From NCBI GenBank assembly GCA_965208835.1, contig OZ242358.1, positions 4,608,001 to 4,672,000 of the forward strand: DNA of 64,000 nt. The letters run 5' to 3'. The DNA is from Candidatus Latescibacterota bacterium (GTDB taxonomy: Bacteria; Latescibacterota; UBA2968; GCA-2709665). Below, piece by piece: positions 46,593 through 56,552 of this stretch. Under the pieces are notes generated by a model that worked only from the letters and a program-made list of their open reading frames with translations, was not told the origin of the DNA and did not search any database. The position numbers and the translations under genes are program-made. Position 1 is the stretch's first letter; every line of letters begins with the position of its first letter.

Positions 46593-47561
46593 ATGAGGTA
46601 TATCGTTACGGGCAGCAACGGTTTTGTCGGTCAGAGTACATGCCGTCGTCTCACAGAACTCGGACATCACGTTATCGGTGTTGACGATCTGTCTTCCGGA
46701 ACGCCTGCCAACGGCGTGGAGGGCGTTCGATATCACGCCCACAGCGTCGTGGATGCGGACTGGTTTGTGCGACTTCTCAAAAACACGATACCGGACGCGG
46801 TCCTTCACCTGGCGGCGAAGCCGCGCGTTCCGTACTCGGTGCGGAATCCATTGCGCAGCGCGGAGGCGAATGTGATGGGAACACTGTCTGTTCTCAATGC
46901 GATTCTCAAATCCGGGCTGGCGGAGAGGACGCGCTTGGTGTTCGCCAGCAGCAGTGCGGTGTGCGGCGAGGCTTCGGTCCTCCCCACACCGGAAGCCTGC
47001 CCCTCGAACCCGCAGTCGCCCTACGCGCTCGCGAAGTTGCACGGCGAGCAGTGGTGCGACTTGTTTCATCGATTGTACGGGCTGGACGCGGTGAGCCTTC
47101 GATACTTCAACGTCTTCGGACCGGGCGCGCTATTTGGCGGCGCCTATTCGACCGTATTGTCGGCATGGCCTTATGCTCTGTTCGTGGACCCGTCGTACCA
47201 GCCGTTCCTGGAAGGCGACGGTACCCAGACACGGGACTTTTGCTTTATCGACAACGTTGTGGATGCGAATATCGCGGCTGCGACCCGGGAACGCGGATTT
47301 GCGGCGGACGTGCTGAACGTGGGCCAGGGCGAAGCCCACTCCATGCTTGAGGTTAAAGACGTTCTTGAACAGATTGCCGGAAGAGAACTCCGGCTTGAAC
47401 GCCGACCGCCCCGCGCCGGCGACGTCGCTCACACCCTGGCCGACATCTCCCGGGCCCGGCAGGAACTCGGGTTCGAGCCGTCGACGGACTTTTGCAGCCA
47501 GGTTGAACGTACTGCGAAGTGGTACCGCGATGGTTACCCCGAACTGACGGCTGAGCGCTGA
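46593..47561 (+). CDS. NAD-dependent epimerase/dehydratase (extended SDR)
   Basis: TGSNGFVG, HLAA, SSSAV, YALAK (YxxxK), LRYFNVFGP, GDGTQTRDF. Confidence 0.92.
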   Translation: MRYIVTGSNGFVGQSTCRRLTELGHHVIGVDDLSSGTPANGVEGVRYHAHSVVDADWFVRLLKNTIPDAVLHLAAKPRVPYSVRNPLRSAEANVMGTLSVLNAILKSGLAERTRLVFASSSAVCGEASVLPTPEACPSNPQSPYALAKLHGEQWCDLFHRLYGLDAVSLRYFNVFGPGALFGGAYSTVLSAWPYALFVDPSYQPFLEGDGTQTRDFCFIDNVVDANIAAATRERGFAADVLNVGQGEAHSMLEVKDVLEQIAGRELRLERRPPRAGDVAHTLADISRARQELGFEPSTDFCSQVERTAKWYRDGYPELTAER

Positions 47562-47812
47562 TGTGCGAAAGAGCGAAACTGAGAGAACCACAAGGAGCCC
47601 ATCCGTCTGATGCGCTCCTTTGCCCTCACCATTGGTCGCGAATTCTCAAAGGGTAATTGTCCCGTTAATCTCGGCACAGAGGGTGTTGTTGCGCAAATGG
47701 TTTTGTGCGTCCAACCGAGTCCACATTTTTCAGTGAGCGGATGTCCGCGTCGGGCACACGGGTATGAAGCTTCTACAAGAGAAGGGTGCCCGGCGGCGTA
47801 TACCGCCAACTC

Positions 47813-47967
47813 GTGTTCTGTCCCGGAAATAAGTTGGCTAAATTCGACCGCTGAGTCGCCCGGCTCGCAAGGCGCCTCCGACCTGCGTATGGTCGGCGAG
47901 CGAGGGGAACGTAGCGAGAAGGGATGAATCGGCGGTCGAATGGTGAGAAATTTTCGGGACAGGACAC
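47813..47967. mobile_element. MITE-like element B1 (155 bp)
   Basis: TIRs gtgttctgtcccggaaat / attttcgggacaggacac (16/18 match); inner inverted repeat attcgaccgctga / tcggcggtcgaat. Confidence 0.65.
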
Positions 47968-48068
47968 TTACACTGAAGCTCCGAGTTCACTGCGAGAATT
48001 TTACTGGTTGCGGGTAGACGGTTCCTTCGCCTGGGAAGCGAAACCGCAAAGCAAGGAGGGGGTTCAAC

Positions 48069-49439
48069 TTGAGGCTGTGGATGGATGTCATGCGCGATTT
48101 GGAAAGCGTGATGAATGATCACGAGCGCATACTCGACGCCTGGGCTGAGGGCGGCGTGGACGGCGTCGTGTTCGGTCCGCTCGTTTTCGGAACGGCAAGG
48201 CTCTCGAAGCACGCTTTGCCCGCACCCACCGGCGACATTGTGGCGGAGGCCTACGATCCGAATCCGGCTGTGTACGCGCGACTCGGGGTCGAACCGCCGT
48301 CGCCGCCGGAACAGAAGCTGCCCGAGAAAAGGGCCCTGCTGGAAAGGACGATGAACGCCGCCAAGGACCGCGGCATGCAGGTGTATTGCATGTACGCCGA
48401 CGGTGGTGCGGGTCCAGGGGGAAAGGGCCATCAGCTGCACGACGACAGGACGCTGGCATCCCGGGTGGCACGCATGGTCGATACGCTCGAGCACTTCCCA
48501 ATGGCGGACGGCGCCGTGATGGACGGGCCGGAGTGGGGATACGAAATCGCACCTCATCACATGGCCCAACGCTCCTGCTTCTTCCAAGACCTGCCGGAAT
48601 CTGCGGCACCGATGGCCGCGGATCTGGGGTACGACTACGTGGCCATGGTGGCCGCGAAAGACAGGCTGTTGGACCTGTTCCACAATCTCGACCCGGTGCG
48701 CATCCGCGGACACGCCCGGGGCGGACTGGTCGGTGCCCACCGCATGCTGGGTGCCGATTCCGACCTGATGGCTTGGTTGTCGTTCCGCACAGACTCGCTG
48801 ACGCGCTATTTTCGCCGCATCCGGGAAGGCGTCGCCGCCGAACTGGAGCGCCCGGTGCGCCTGGGATGCGGCCCACGCTCGGCGGCCTTCGCGCCCTTGT
48901 GCGGATACGACTTCGTCGATCTGGCCGGGTTCATGGATTTCCTGCTGCCAAAGCACTATTTCTTTCACCGCGGCTTCGACGGCTTCATTGGCACGGTCTA
49001 TCGCTACTCACAGACGCTTTTGGAATGGAATACGGGGATCAGTGTAACCGACACCCTCGATGTTATGCAGGCCCTCTTCGGCATTGTCCTTCCGGGTGTC
49101 GGCGACGATCTGCTCGATTTTGAGAGCGCCCTCAATCCGGAGTTTTTCGAGCAGGTTGTCACGCAGGAGACCCGAAGGGCGCTGGCCTCGGTGGACGACC
49201 CGGAGCGCATCGTGCCCTGGCTTGACACCGGCCGCTTGCCCCACGATGGCGACCCAATGTCGGCGCGCGACCTCAAGATGTTGCTGGACGCCGCCGAGGC
49301 TGCAGGGCTCAGGCGCTTCAACTACCACCACCAGGGCAACCTCAGTGCGGGTGAATGGGTGGTCATCAGCGACAAATGCGGAACCCGCTGGGACCCGCGC
49401 AAAAGCGACTACCAGCCGCCCGACGAGCTGGTGTTGTAG
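48069..49439 (+). CDS. hypothetical protein, possible TIM-barrel hydrolase-like
   Basis: 456-aa ORF, TTG start with strong RBS aaggagg; MDGPEWGYEI and PKHY motifs; function unknown. Confidence 0.65.
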   Translation: MRLWMDVMRDLESVMNDHERILDAWAEGGVDGVVFGPLVFGTARLSKHALPAPTGDIVAEAYDPNPAVYARLGVEPPSPPEQKLPEKRALLERTMNAAKDRGMQVYCMYADGGAGPGGKGHQLHDDRTLASRVARMVDTLEHFPMADGAVMDGPEWGYEIAPHHMAQRSCFFQDLPESAAPMAADLGYDYVAMVAAKDRLLDLFHNLDPVRIRGHARGGLVGAHRMLGADSDLMAWLSFRTDSLTRYFRRIREGVAAELERPVRLGCGPRSAAFAPLCGYDFVDLAGFMDFLLPKHYFFHRGFDGFIGTVYRYSQTLLEWNTGISVTDTLDVMQALFGIVLPGVGDDLLDFESALNPEFFEQVVTQETRRALASVDDPERIVPWLDTGRLPHDGDPMSARDLKMLLDAAEAAGLRRFNYHHQGNLSAGEWVVISDKCGTRWDPRKSDYQPPDELVL

Positions 49440-49593
49440 GACGGCACTACGCTTTTCCGGTTTGAGTTCCGGTCACCGCGGCCTCTGGATTGATTCACAC
49501 CCTTCCAGTAACTTTCCAGCTCAGTTTCCCATGCCGGTTCCAAGCGCCGACTCCTTCTCCCGGCGATTCGCGCCATGCTTGGCGCACACAAGA

Positions 49594-49624
49594 AAGGGAT
49601 TATGTCAAAACGACATAATCCCTT
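49594..49624 (-). terminator. hairpin or terminator downstream of tRNA-Val
   Basis: Perfect 13-bp stem aagggattatgtc / gacataatccctt with a 5-nt loop. Confidence 0.65.
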
Positions 49625-49633
49625 GTTTTTAAA

Positions 49634-49710
49634 TGGTGGGCGATACTGGATTCGAACCAGTGACCTCCTGCTTGTAAGGCAGGCGCTCTAACCAGCTGAG
49701 CTAACCGCCC
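49634..49710 (-). tRNA. tRNA-Val(TAC)
   Basis: Reverse complement gggcggttagctcagctggttagagcgcctgccttacaagcaggaggtcactggttcgaatccagtatcgcccacca: cloverleaf, TAC anticodon, TTCGAA T-loop, encoded CCA. Confidence 0.97.
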
Positions 49711-50024
49711 ACGGACTTGTCGGATGCCTCGTCGGTCGGTTTTTTCGATTCGCCCAGCAGCAGGCCGAGAGGTATCAGCACGCAATACCCGATGACCAGC
49801 AGAACAGGCGCAAGCGTAAGTGACAGGAAGCCGTCGACGGGCGGTTGGGACAGGCACAGGTAACCGATCAGGATCGTGCCCACGCCGGCGCCAAGAAAGG
49901 TCCAGTTCCTGCGCGAATAAGGCAGCGGACTCCGGGCCGGTTCCCCCCGTTGTGCCTGACTCCTGCGCCCCGCGCGGCCGCGCGGGTGTCTTCCCGTATT
50001 ACGTGTCGCCATCCGGTTCACCAA
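49701..50024 (-). CDS. DUF3098-like small membrane protein
   Basis: Basic N-terminus, RNW....G...I.IGY..L, F.SLTLAP.LLV.GY; directly follows rplS. Confidence 0.65.
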   Translation of the reverse strand: MVNRMATRNTGRHPRGRAGRRSQAQRGEPARSPLPYSRRNWTFLGAGVGTILIGYLCLSQPPVDGFLSLTLAPVLLVIGYCVLIPLGLLLGESKKPTDEASDKSVGG

Positions 50025-50033
50025 TCGCGTATC

Positions 50034-50387
50034 TTAAACGCCCCGTTTTTCCTCAATTCTGGCGGCTCTGCCCTGCAGTTCGCGCAAATAGGTAATGCGC
50101 GTCCTGCGGACCTTGCCGCTGCGAATCAATTCGACCTTCGCCACCCGAGGTGAATGGACCGGAAAAATCCGCTCGACACCCACGCCGCCAACCACCATCT
50201 TTCGTACCGTGAAGGTCTCGTGTATTCCGTGGCCCCGGCGCTGGATAACCACGCCCTCGAACATCTGCGTGCGTTCCTTCTCGCCTTCAACCACACGTAC
50301 GTGCACCCGCACCGTGTCCCCGGCGTCGAATGCCGGGAGGTCGGACTTGATTTGTTCTTCCGTTAAGGATTTCAACAACGCATCCAT
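50034..50387 (-). CDS. rplS: 50S ribosomal protein L19
   Basis: [49 protein letters not shown]; ATG 50387 with RBS aggag. Confidence 0.97.
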   Translation of the reverse strand: MDALLKSLTEEQIKSDLPAFDAGDTVRVHVRVVEGEKERTQMFEGVVIQRRGHGIHETFTVRKMVVGGVGVERIFPVHSPRVAKVELIRSGKVRRTRITYLRELQGRAARIEEKRGV

Positions 50388-50483
50388 GGAAACACTCCTG
50401 GAACGATGAACGACTCCTGAGGGAAATACCACCGCCCTCATTCGTCCATTTATGCACGGAAATAACCCCGCGACCGGCGGCCG

Positions 50484-51221
50484 TTATTTTCCGCGCCCGT
50501 CAACATCCTCGTTTTCCGGGCCGGCCGTGTCGCCGGCTTCGATTTTTTCGTAAAGATCCGTACGCCGTTTTCGGGTCCGTTGCACGGCCATGTCGTGTCG
50601 CCAGCCTGCAATCCGCTGATGGTCTCCGCTCAGCAGAACATCGGGAACCCGCAACCCCTCGAACTCCCTGGGCCTCGTATACCACGGACAATCCAGAATC
50701 CCGTTCTGGAATGAATCCTCCAGGGCGGATTCCGCGTCTCCCATCGCCCGCGGGATCAATCGCACGACGGCATCCATCAACACCAGTGCCGGTAATTCGC
50801 CGCCACTCAGGACGTAATCGCCGACCGAAATCTCCTCGGTAACATACAACTCGCGAACGCGTTCGTCAATACCCCGGTACCGTCCGCACAAGAGTACCAG
50901 TCCGGGCGCGATGGAAAGTCGGTTTACCGTCTTCTGATCCAGCTGATGTCCGTCGGGCGTCAGGAAAATCACGTGCTCAAGCGGCCGTCCGGCGTCCTGA
51001 ACGGCGGCCAGCGCACGGGCGATCGGTCCCGGCTTGAAAACCATTCCGGCTCCGCCGCCGTAGGGTGTATCGTCCACCGTACGGTGAGCGTCATCGGCAT
51101 AATCCCGCAAATCGTGCGCGATGACGTCTACCAGACCGGTACGGATCGCACGCCCCGTAATACCATAAGCAGCCGCATCCCGGATCAGATCGGGAAATAT
51201 CGTGAGAAAGTCGATATGCAT
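50484..51221 (-). CDS. trmD: tRNA (guanine37-N1)-methyltransferase
   Basis: VDDTPYGGGAGMV, CGRY.GIDER, SVGDYVLSGGE, YTRP, VPDVLLSGDH. Confidence 0.97.
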   Translation of the reverse strand: MHIDFLTIFPDLIRDAAAYGITGRAIRTGLVDVIAHDLRDYADDAHRTVDDTPYGGGAGMVFKPGPIARALAAVQDAGRPLEHVIFLTPDGHQLDQKTVNRLSIAPGLVLLCGRYRGIDERVRELYVTEEISVGDYVLSGGELPALVLMDAVVRLIPRAMGDAESALEDSFQNGILDCPWYTRPREFEGLRVPDVLLSGDHQRIAGWRHDMAVQRTRKRRTDLYEKIEAGDTAGPENEDVDGRGK

Positions 51222-51319
51222 GGCAGTCCGCTGATAAAGTCGCTCCGCAGGCGAGCCCGGATGGGCCTTTCAACGGGCTGATATACCCTGTCCAGTCGCA
51301 TCGCAGCATTTCCCGGCGA

Positions 51320-51850
51320 TCAGTCCAGGAGTCCGTCCACGTTCTTCACGAACAGACGCCCGCCCGCCAGGTCGATCCGAACCAGATCCCTCGCGGCGGG
51401 TATCAACGACTCGCCCCCATCCTCTCTCCTGACAACGTAAATATCATTTGCGGGATGGGTAATCACATCAACCACACGCCCGACTTCCGGGCCGGCTTCC
51501 GTGACAACCTTCAATCCGACGATCTCAAACACATAATACGTATCATCGGGAAGCGGAAACACCTCGTCGGCCGGGACGAGCAATTCGCTTCCGCGAAACG
51601 GCGCAACCTTCTCGGGCGTATCGATATCGAGGAACTTTATGGCCATCCGCCGTCCACAGTTACGTACCCGGTCGATCCCAAGTGTCACCCGGTTCCCGTC
51701 CGGCTTTTCGACCAGCGCCTTCCTGAGAACCTGAAACCGTTCCGGAAAATCCGTGAGAGGATGCAGAAAGGCCTCGCCACCGAGGCCCCTGGGCTTAAGC
51801 ACCCTGCCGATGGCGACGTATCGTTCCCGATGAACCGGACCTGGGGACAA
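51320..51850 (-). CDS. rimM: 16S rRNA processing protein RimM
   Basis: IGRVLKPRGLGGE, TDFPERF, YY..EIVGL.V, ANDIYVV, LIP; lies between rpsP and trmD. Confidence 0.93.
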   Translation of the reverse strand: MSPGPVHRERYVAIGRVLKPRGLGGEAFLHPLTDFPERFQVLRKALVEKPDGNRVTLGIDRVRNCGRRMAIKFLDIDTPEKVAPFRGSELLVPADEVFPLPDDTYYVFEIVGLKVVTEAGPEVGRVVDVITHPANDIYVVRREDGGESLIPAARDLVRIDLAGGRLFVKNVDGLLD

Positions 51851-51853
51851 GGA

Positions 51854-52159
51854 TTATTCCTCGGCTTCAGCGTCGGCTTCGTCCGTTTCGCCCGTATCGG
51901 CCTCGGGCAGCTTGTTCTCGCTCAGAATTCCCTGCTGCCGAAGCAGACTCATCACCGTTCCGGACGGCGAAGCGCCCAGATCCAGCCAGTGGCGCGCCCG
52001 CTCAGCATTGAGCTGCACAACCTGCGGACTCACGGTTGGATCGTAGTACCCGAGGCTTTCGATGAACCGACCGTCCCTGGGGGACCTGCTGTCCGCGACC
52101 ACAACCCTGTAGAACGGCGCATTCCTGGCGCCCTTTCGTGTCAATCGAATCTTTACCAA
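51854..52159 (-). CDS. rpsP: 30S ribosomal protein S16
   Basis: VKIRLTRKG...[34 protein letters not shown]; TTG start with RBS ggagg. Confidence 0.97.
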   Translation of the reverse strand: MVKIRLTRKGARNAPFYRVVVADSRSPRDGRFIESLGYYDPTVSPQVVQLNAERARHWLDLGASPSGTVMSLLRQQGILSENKLPEADTGETDEADAEAEE

Positions 52160-52266
52160 AAATACAACCTCCTTTTTAATGAACAACACATCCGGGAACT
52201 TTCATCGTGTGGGAAATCAACCCCGGTTTCTGTCGGCCGCCGACACCATCCCGGACACACGCCTCC

Positions 52267-53595
52267 TCAACCCGGAAAGGGCACAGGCGCGCCGCGGCCC
52301 TGCTTCTCCATCCTCGTCATCCGTTTCATCATCTTCCGCATCATGCCGAACTGCTTTACGAGCCTGTTGACTTCCTGGATGCTGCACCCGCTGCCCTTTG
52401 CAATACGACGGCGCCTGCTGCCGTTCAGGATCTGGGGATTGCCCCGCTCCTGCCGAGTCATTGACAGGATGATCGCTTCGGTATGCACGAACGCGTCGTC
52501 ACCCACCTGCAGTCCCTTCATTGCCTTTCCGGCCCCGGGTATCATGTCCATAATCTGGCTGAGGGGCCCCATCTTGCGAACCTGGTCCAACTGCTGCAGA
52601 AAATCATCGAACGTAAACGCGGCGCTTCGCAGTTTCTTCTCCAGCTTCTGCGCCTGCGTCACGTCCACCGCATCCTGCGCACGCTCCACCAGCGTCACAA
52701 CGTCGCCCATGCCCAGAATGCGGGAGGCCATCCGGTCCGGATGAAACGGCTCTATACCGTCCACTTTCTCGCTGACGCCCGCGTACTTGATGGGAACACC
52801 CGTGACTTCACGGATGGATAGCGCCGCGCCGCCGCGCGTATCGCTATCCAGGCGAGTCAGAACGATTCCCGTAAAGTTGAGTTGTTCGTAGAACGCCGTC
52901 GCCGCAGATACCGCATCCTGCCCTGTCATCCCGTCGGCGACGAACAGAATCTCACCGGGCGTAACCGCTTCACGTATCTTCTTCAATTCCTCCATCCGCA
53001 CATCATCAATGTGCAGACGGCCAGCCGTATCCAGAATAACGGGGTCCATGCCGTCCGCTCGTGCAAGGTCCACCGCCCCGGCGCAAATCAACGCCGGATC
53101 CGTCCCCTCCGGCGCACGGTGGACCGGGACGTCTATTGACGCGCCCAGTACGCAAAGCTGGTCGATGGCTGCCGGACGGTAGATATCGGCCGCCACTAGG
53201 AGCGGCCGCCGGCCCTTCCCTTTGAGGAGTCTCGCAAGCTTGGCGCACAGTGTCGTCTTGCCCGATCCCTGCAGACCGGCTACCATGACGACATTTGGCG
53301 CCGGTCCGGTCAGATTCAGCTCCCGGTGCTCGTCTCCAAGGAGGTGAATCAACTCGTCGTGCACGACCTTGACGACCTGCTGCCCGGGCGTAATGCTTCG
53401 CAACACCTCCTGCCCGATCGCCCGATCCCTTACACGGGCAACAAAGCTCCTCGCTACCTTATAGTTGACGTCCGCCTCCAGAAGCGCGCGGCGCACGTCT
53501 CTCAGCGCTTCATCGATATTGGCTTCGGCCAACCTGCCGCGGCCGCGCAGTTTCTTGAAAACCCCTTCCAGCTTTTCCGTGAGATGATCGAACAT
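52267..53595 (-). CDS. ffh: signal recognition particle protein Ffh
   Basis: ALLEADVN, GLQGSGKTT, DTAGRL, GGAALS, FHPDRMASRILGMGD, SRRRRIAKGSG. Confidence 0.98.
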   Translation of the reverse strand: MFDHLTEKLEGVFKKLRGRGRLAEANIDEALRDVRRALLEADVNYKVARSFVARVRDRAIGQEVLRSITPGQQVVKVVHDELIHLLGDEHRELNLTGPAPNVVMVAGLQGSGKTTLCAKLARLLKGKGRRPLLVAADIYRPAAIDQLCVLGASIDVPVHRAPEGTDPALICAGAVDLARADGMDPVILDTAGRLHIDDVRMEELKKIREAVTPGEILFVADGMTGQDAVSAATAFYEQLNFTGIVLTRLDSDTRGGAALSIREVTGVPIKYAGVSEKVDGIEPFHPDRMASRILGMGDVVTLVERAQDAVDVTQAQKLEKKLRSAAFTFDDFLQQLDQVRKMGPLSQIMDMIPGAGKAMKGLQVGDDAFVHTEAIILSMTRQERGNPQILNGSRRRRIAKGSGCSIQEVNRLVKQFGMMRKMMKRMTRMEKQGRGAPVPFPG

Positions 53596-53752
53596 GGGGC
53601 AGACCTGGGGTTAATCGTCAAAAGGGAAACAGACCTGTAAAAATACGGGACGACAGCAATTTACGCAACAAAAAACTCCTGAATCAGGCGCCGCCGCGGC
53701 AGTCCACCGCTTCAGAGCCCGCGGGGTTAGAGGACTGTTGGAACCGGCAATT

Positions 53753-54421
53753 TTACTGCCCCAGTCCAGTCAGTCCCGCACGCCGTAACGCAGCCAGGTT
53801 TTCTACCACCTTGCCGTCACGAAACGCGGACGATCCGGCCACCAGCACGTCCGCCCCCGCCGCTACGGCATGTCCGGCGTTTTCGAGCCCGATACCCCCG
53901 TCGATTTCTATCTCGGCATTCACACCCTGGCGCTCAACCTCCGCCCGCAATTCCCGCACCTTTTCCAGGGACTCGGGCATAAATGCCTGACCGCCGAATC
54001 CCGGCTCGACCGACATCACGAGCGCAAGATCAAGGGACGGCAATAGTGGATACAACGCCTCCACGGGTGTTGCGGGCTTCACCGTGGCGCCCGCACGCAT
54101 TCCTGTCCTCCGGATTTCCCGCAGAAGTGCGTGCAAATCAGCATTGACCTCTACGTGTATAGTACAGATGTCGGCCCCGCTGTCCGCGAACGCCCTCAGA
54201 TACTTGCCCGGTTCGGAAATCATGAGATGCACATCCAGGGTCAACGCTGTCGTTTTGCGAATGGCTTCCACAACCATCGGACCGAAGGTGATATTCGGCA
54301 CAAAATGCCCGTCCATCACATCCAGGTGAATATAGTCCGCGCCGGCTGCTTCCACGGCCCGAATCTCGCGTTCGAGCACGACAAAATTCGCTGCCAGGAA
54401 GGATGGGGCGATTTTGACCAT
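53753..54421 (-). CDS. rpe: ribulose-phosphate 3-epimerase
   Basis: IAPS.L.A.F, HLDVMDGHFVPNITFG, DVHLMI, MSVEPGFGGQ, IDGGI, VAGS. Confidence 0.97.
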   Translation of the reverse strand: MVKIAPSFLAANFVVLEREIRAVEAAGADYIHLDVMDGHFVPNITFGPMVVEAIRKTTALTLDVHLMISEPGKYLRAFADSGADICTIHVEVNADLHALLREIRRTGMRAGATVKPATPVEALYPLLPSLDLALVMSVEPGFGGQAFMPESLEKVRELRAEVERQGVNAEIEIDGGIGLENAGHAVAAGADVLVAGSSAFRDGKVVENLAALRRAGLTGLGQ

Positions 54422-54503
54422 GAAAATATCCACCAACTTTCACGAAGGGGGTACCGAAGGGCGGGGCTTCAGGCGGAAACCAGTGTGCGGCGACAACCAT
54501 CCG

Positions 54504-55238
54504 TTACAACTTACTCACTACCAGCCGCACCCGCGTCCCCTGTTTCACGTCTTCACCTGTCATGGGCACATGCCGGATCACCACGTTCAACAGATGCTGG
54601 GTACTGAATTCATATCTGATATCCCGCACCTGGAGCCCGGCTTCCTCCAACGCGACGCGGGCATTCTCAAGGGTCTTGCCGATCAGATCCGGCATCGGGA
54701 ACATTTCGCCCGGTAGACCGTTGCTGATAGTTACCGCTATCGGTGTTCCGATCTGTACCTGTAGTCCCGGACGCGGGTCCTGGCTGATTATCAAACCCTC
54801 CTCGACAGTTTCAGACGCATCTTCAAGCGTATCTCCCATGGCCATGCCCGCCTGTGCAATCCACAACTGGGCCTGGCGCAGGGACTTCTCCCGAAGATCC
54901 GGCACTTCGTATAGCCGGACCCCGCGACTCGGAACTGCGTAAACCGTCCGGTTGATCTTCACGTGCGAATGCGCAAGCGGATTCTGTTGCACTATCCTGC
55001 CTTCGGCAATGGACGTGTCCCAGCGTGCGGGCTGCAGCTTCAACCTCAGCCCCCGCTGAGACAGTGCACGGCCGGCGTCTTCGGGTTTGAGATTGACGAT
55101 GTCGGGGACCTCAACACGCTGGCCGGCCCGGACCAGGCGCGGCATGATGAATCGATCGAGCAGGATCAGCCCCACGACACCGGTGAGTACGGCGCAACCC
55201 GCGAATAACGCCGCCTCTCGGAGAAACCTCTTGACCAT
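54504..55238 (-). CDS. PASTA domain-containing membrane protein (three PASTA repeats)
   Basis: N-terminal TM, then three (V/M)PD..(N/E/G)....A repeats with Q.P motifs; upstream of rpe. Confidence 0.85.
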   Translation of the reverse strand: MVKRFLREAALFAGCAVLTGVVGLILLDRFIMPRLVRAGQRVEVPDIVNLKPEDAGRALSQRGLRLKLQPARWDTSIAEGRIVQQNPLAHSHVKINRTVYAVPSRGVRLYEVPDLREKSLRQAQLWIAQAGMAMGDTLEDASETVEEGLIISQDPRPGLQVQIGTPIAVTISNGLPGEMFPMPDLIGKTLENARVALEEAGLQVRDIRYEFSTQHLLNVVIRHVPMTGEDVKQGTRVRLVVSKL

Positions 55239-55360
55239 CCGTCTTTTTCCCGCCTGTTTCGTAACGAAATTCCGCACGCTGAACCGGGGTCCGAGATTTG
55301 AGGACAGGGTGCGAATCAAAAATAGGACAACATCATCGCGGTGTCAAGATCGCGCACCCT

Positions 55361-56293
55361 TCAATGTCCCATCGTCAGCGAGACCCGGTATGACAGCCCC
55401 AATACAGTATGATACAGTGTCGCATAGTCAATTCGTAAGCCGCGATGAATCACACCCGCCCCCACAGACAATCGCTCGGCCCTCCCTCCGGCGCCCATCC
55501 GAAGCATGACCCTGCGGGCGGGGACATATTCCACACCCGCGCTCACCCCCGTGGGCCGGCCGGCCTCCTTGCGGACATCCAGGACCAGCACCAGATTCGG
55601 TACGACCTGAAACCCCAAGCCCGCCGTACCACCCTGGCCCAGTACATCCACGGACTTACCGCCGGCATTCCATGTTGACAACCCCAATATGAACTTTGGC
55701 CCGAATACTATTCTGGCGCCCAGATCGAAAGCCGTCCACGCGCGGTTGGCGCCGCCGGCAACCAACAATTGCATGCGTCGGATCCTCAACCCGAGACCCA
55801 GCCTGGATGCCACACGCAAGCCGACTGCCAGCCCTGTAGTCCGCTCTCGATACAGGCTGAATCCGTATTTCAGGTAGCCCAACCCGACGGCCATCCTGCC
55901 GGTAGATGCGAGTGTCCCGATCGCATGGGCATCCATCGCCGCCATACCGAACGGCCGTTCATAGCCTCCCGTAACACTGACACCCTTGCCCCAGGCTAGC
56001 GCGCCCGGATTCCAGAAGACGCCTTCGACGCCTTCCGCCCAACCCGCGAATGTGTCCCCCAACCCGCCGGGCCGGGCGCCCACCGCCTGAAATTCGAATG
56101 CCGCGTCAGCCTGAACAGGGATCATGGAAACACACAGGAGCCCGCAGCAGGCCGCCAGCGCGACCCCCGCCCGGAAGACACCGCACCACGCCGCTCGACC
56201 AGGCCTCCCGCCGTAACCTGTTACAGCGAACGGACGCCGCTCCGGGAGAACATCGTCGATCAGGCGCGCCGCGTTTTGTGGAAGAAATCCCAT
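55361..56293 (-). CDS. PorV/PorQ-like outer-membrane beta-barrel protein
   Basis: GARPGGLG....A......WNPGAL signature, GVEY, C-terminal IDYA...H.VLG.S.RVSL. Confidence 0.65.
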   Translation of the reverse strand: MGFLPQNAARLIDDVLPERRPFAVTGYGGRPGRAAWCGVFRAGVALAACCGLLCVSMIPVQADAAFEFQAVGARPGGLGDTFAGWAEGVEGVFWNPGALAWGKGVSVTGGYERPFGMAAMDAHAIGTLASTGRMAVGLGYLKYGFSLYRERTTGLAVGLRVASRLGLGLRIRRMQLLVAGGANRAWTAFDLGARIVFGPKFILGLSTWNAGGKSVDVLGQGGTAGLGFQVVPNLVLVLDVRKEAGRPTGVSAGVEYVPARRVMLRMGAGGRAERLSVGAGVIHRGLRIDYATLYHTVLGLSYRVSLTMGH

Positions 56294-56552
56294 TCCGTCG
56301 GGATCTGTTCCGCAATTGCTGTGCCTTACTCGATATCCACACGGTGGAAAAGAACTATCATTCCAATTATCATCAACTTGAGACGCGTCAGTCGAGATTT
56401 CGCCCGATCCGGGGACCCTCAGTCGCCGTGTCGTACACTACAGTACACATCGGTGTTGTCGTCCGTGAGACGACAGGAACGGCCCGCGGGCAGACACCCG
56501 CGGGCGCGATTGCGATAGATTGCACCGATCTGCAGTGTTATATTTCACACAT

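Noticed and set aside
56352-56375. Weak Fur-like sequence (actatcattccaattatcatc) between the PorV-like and RluA genes
   Set aside because: It is not palindromic in the 7-1-7 arrangement and the neighbouring genes are not metal-related.
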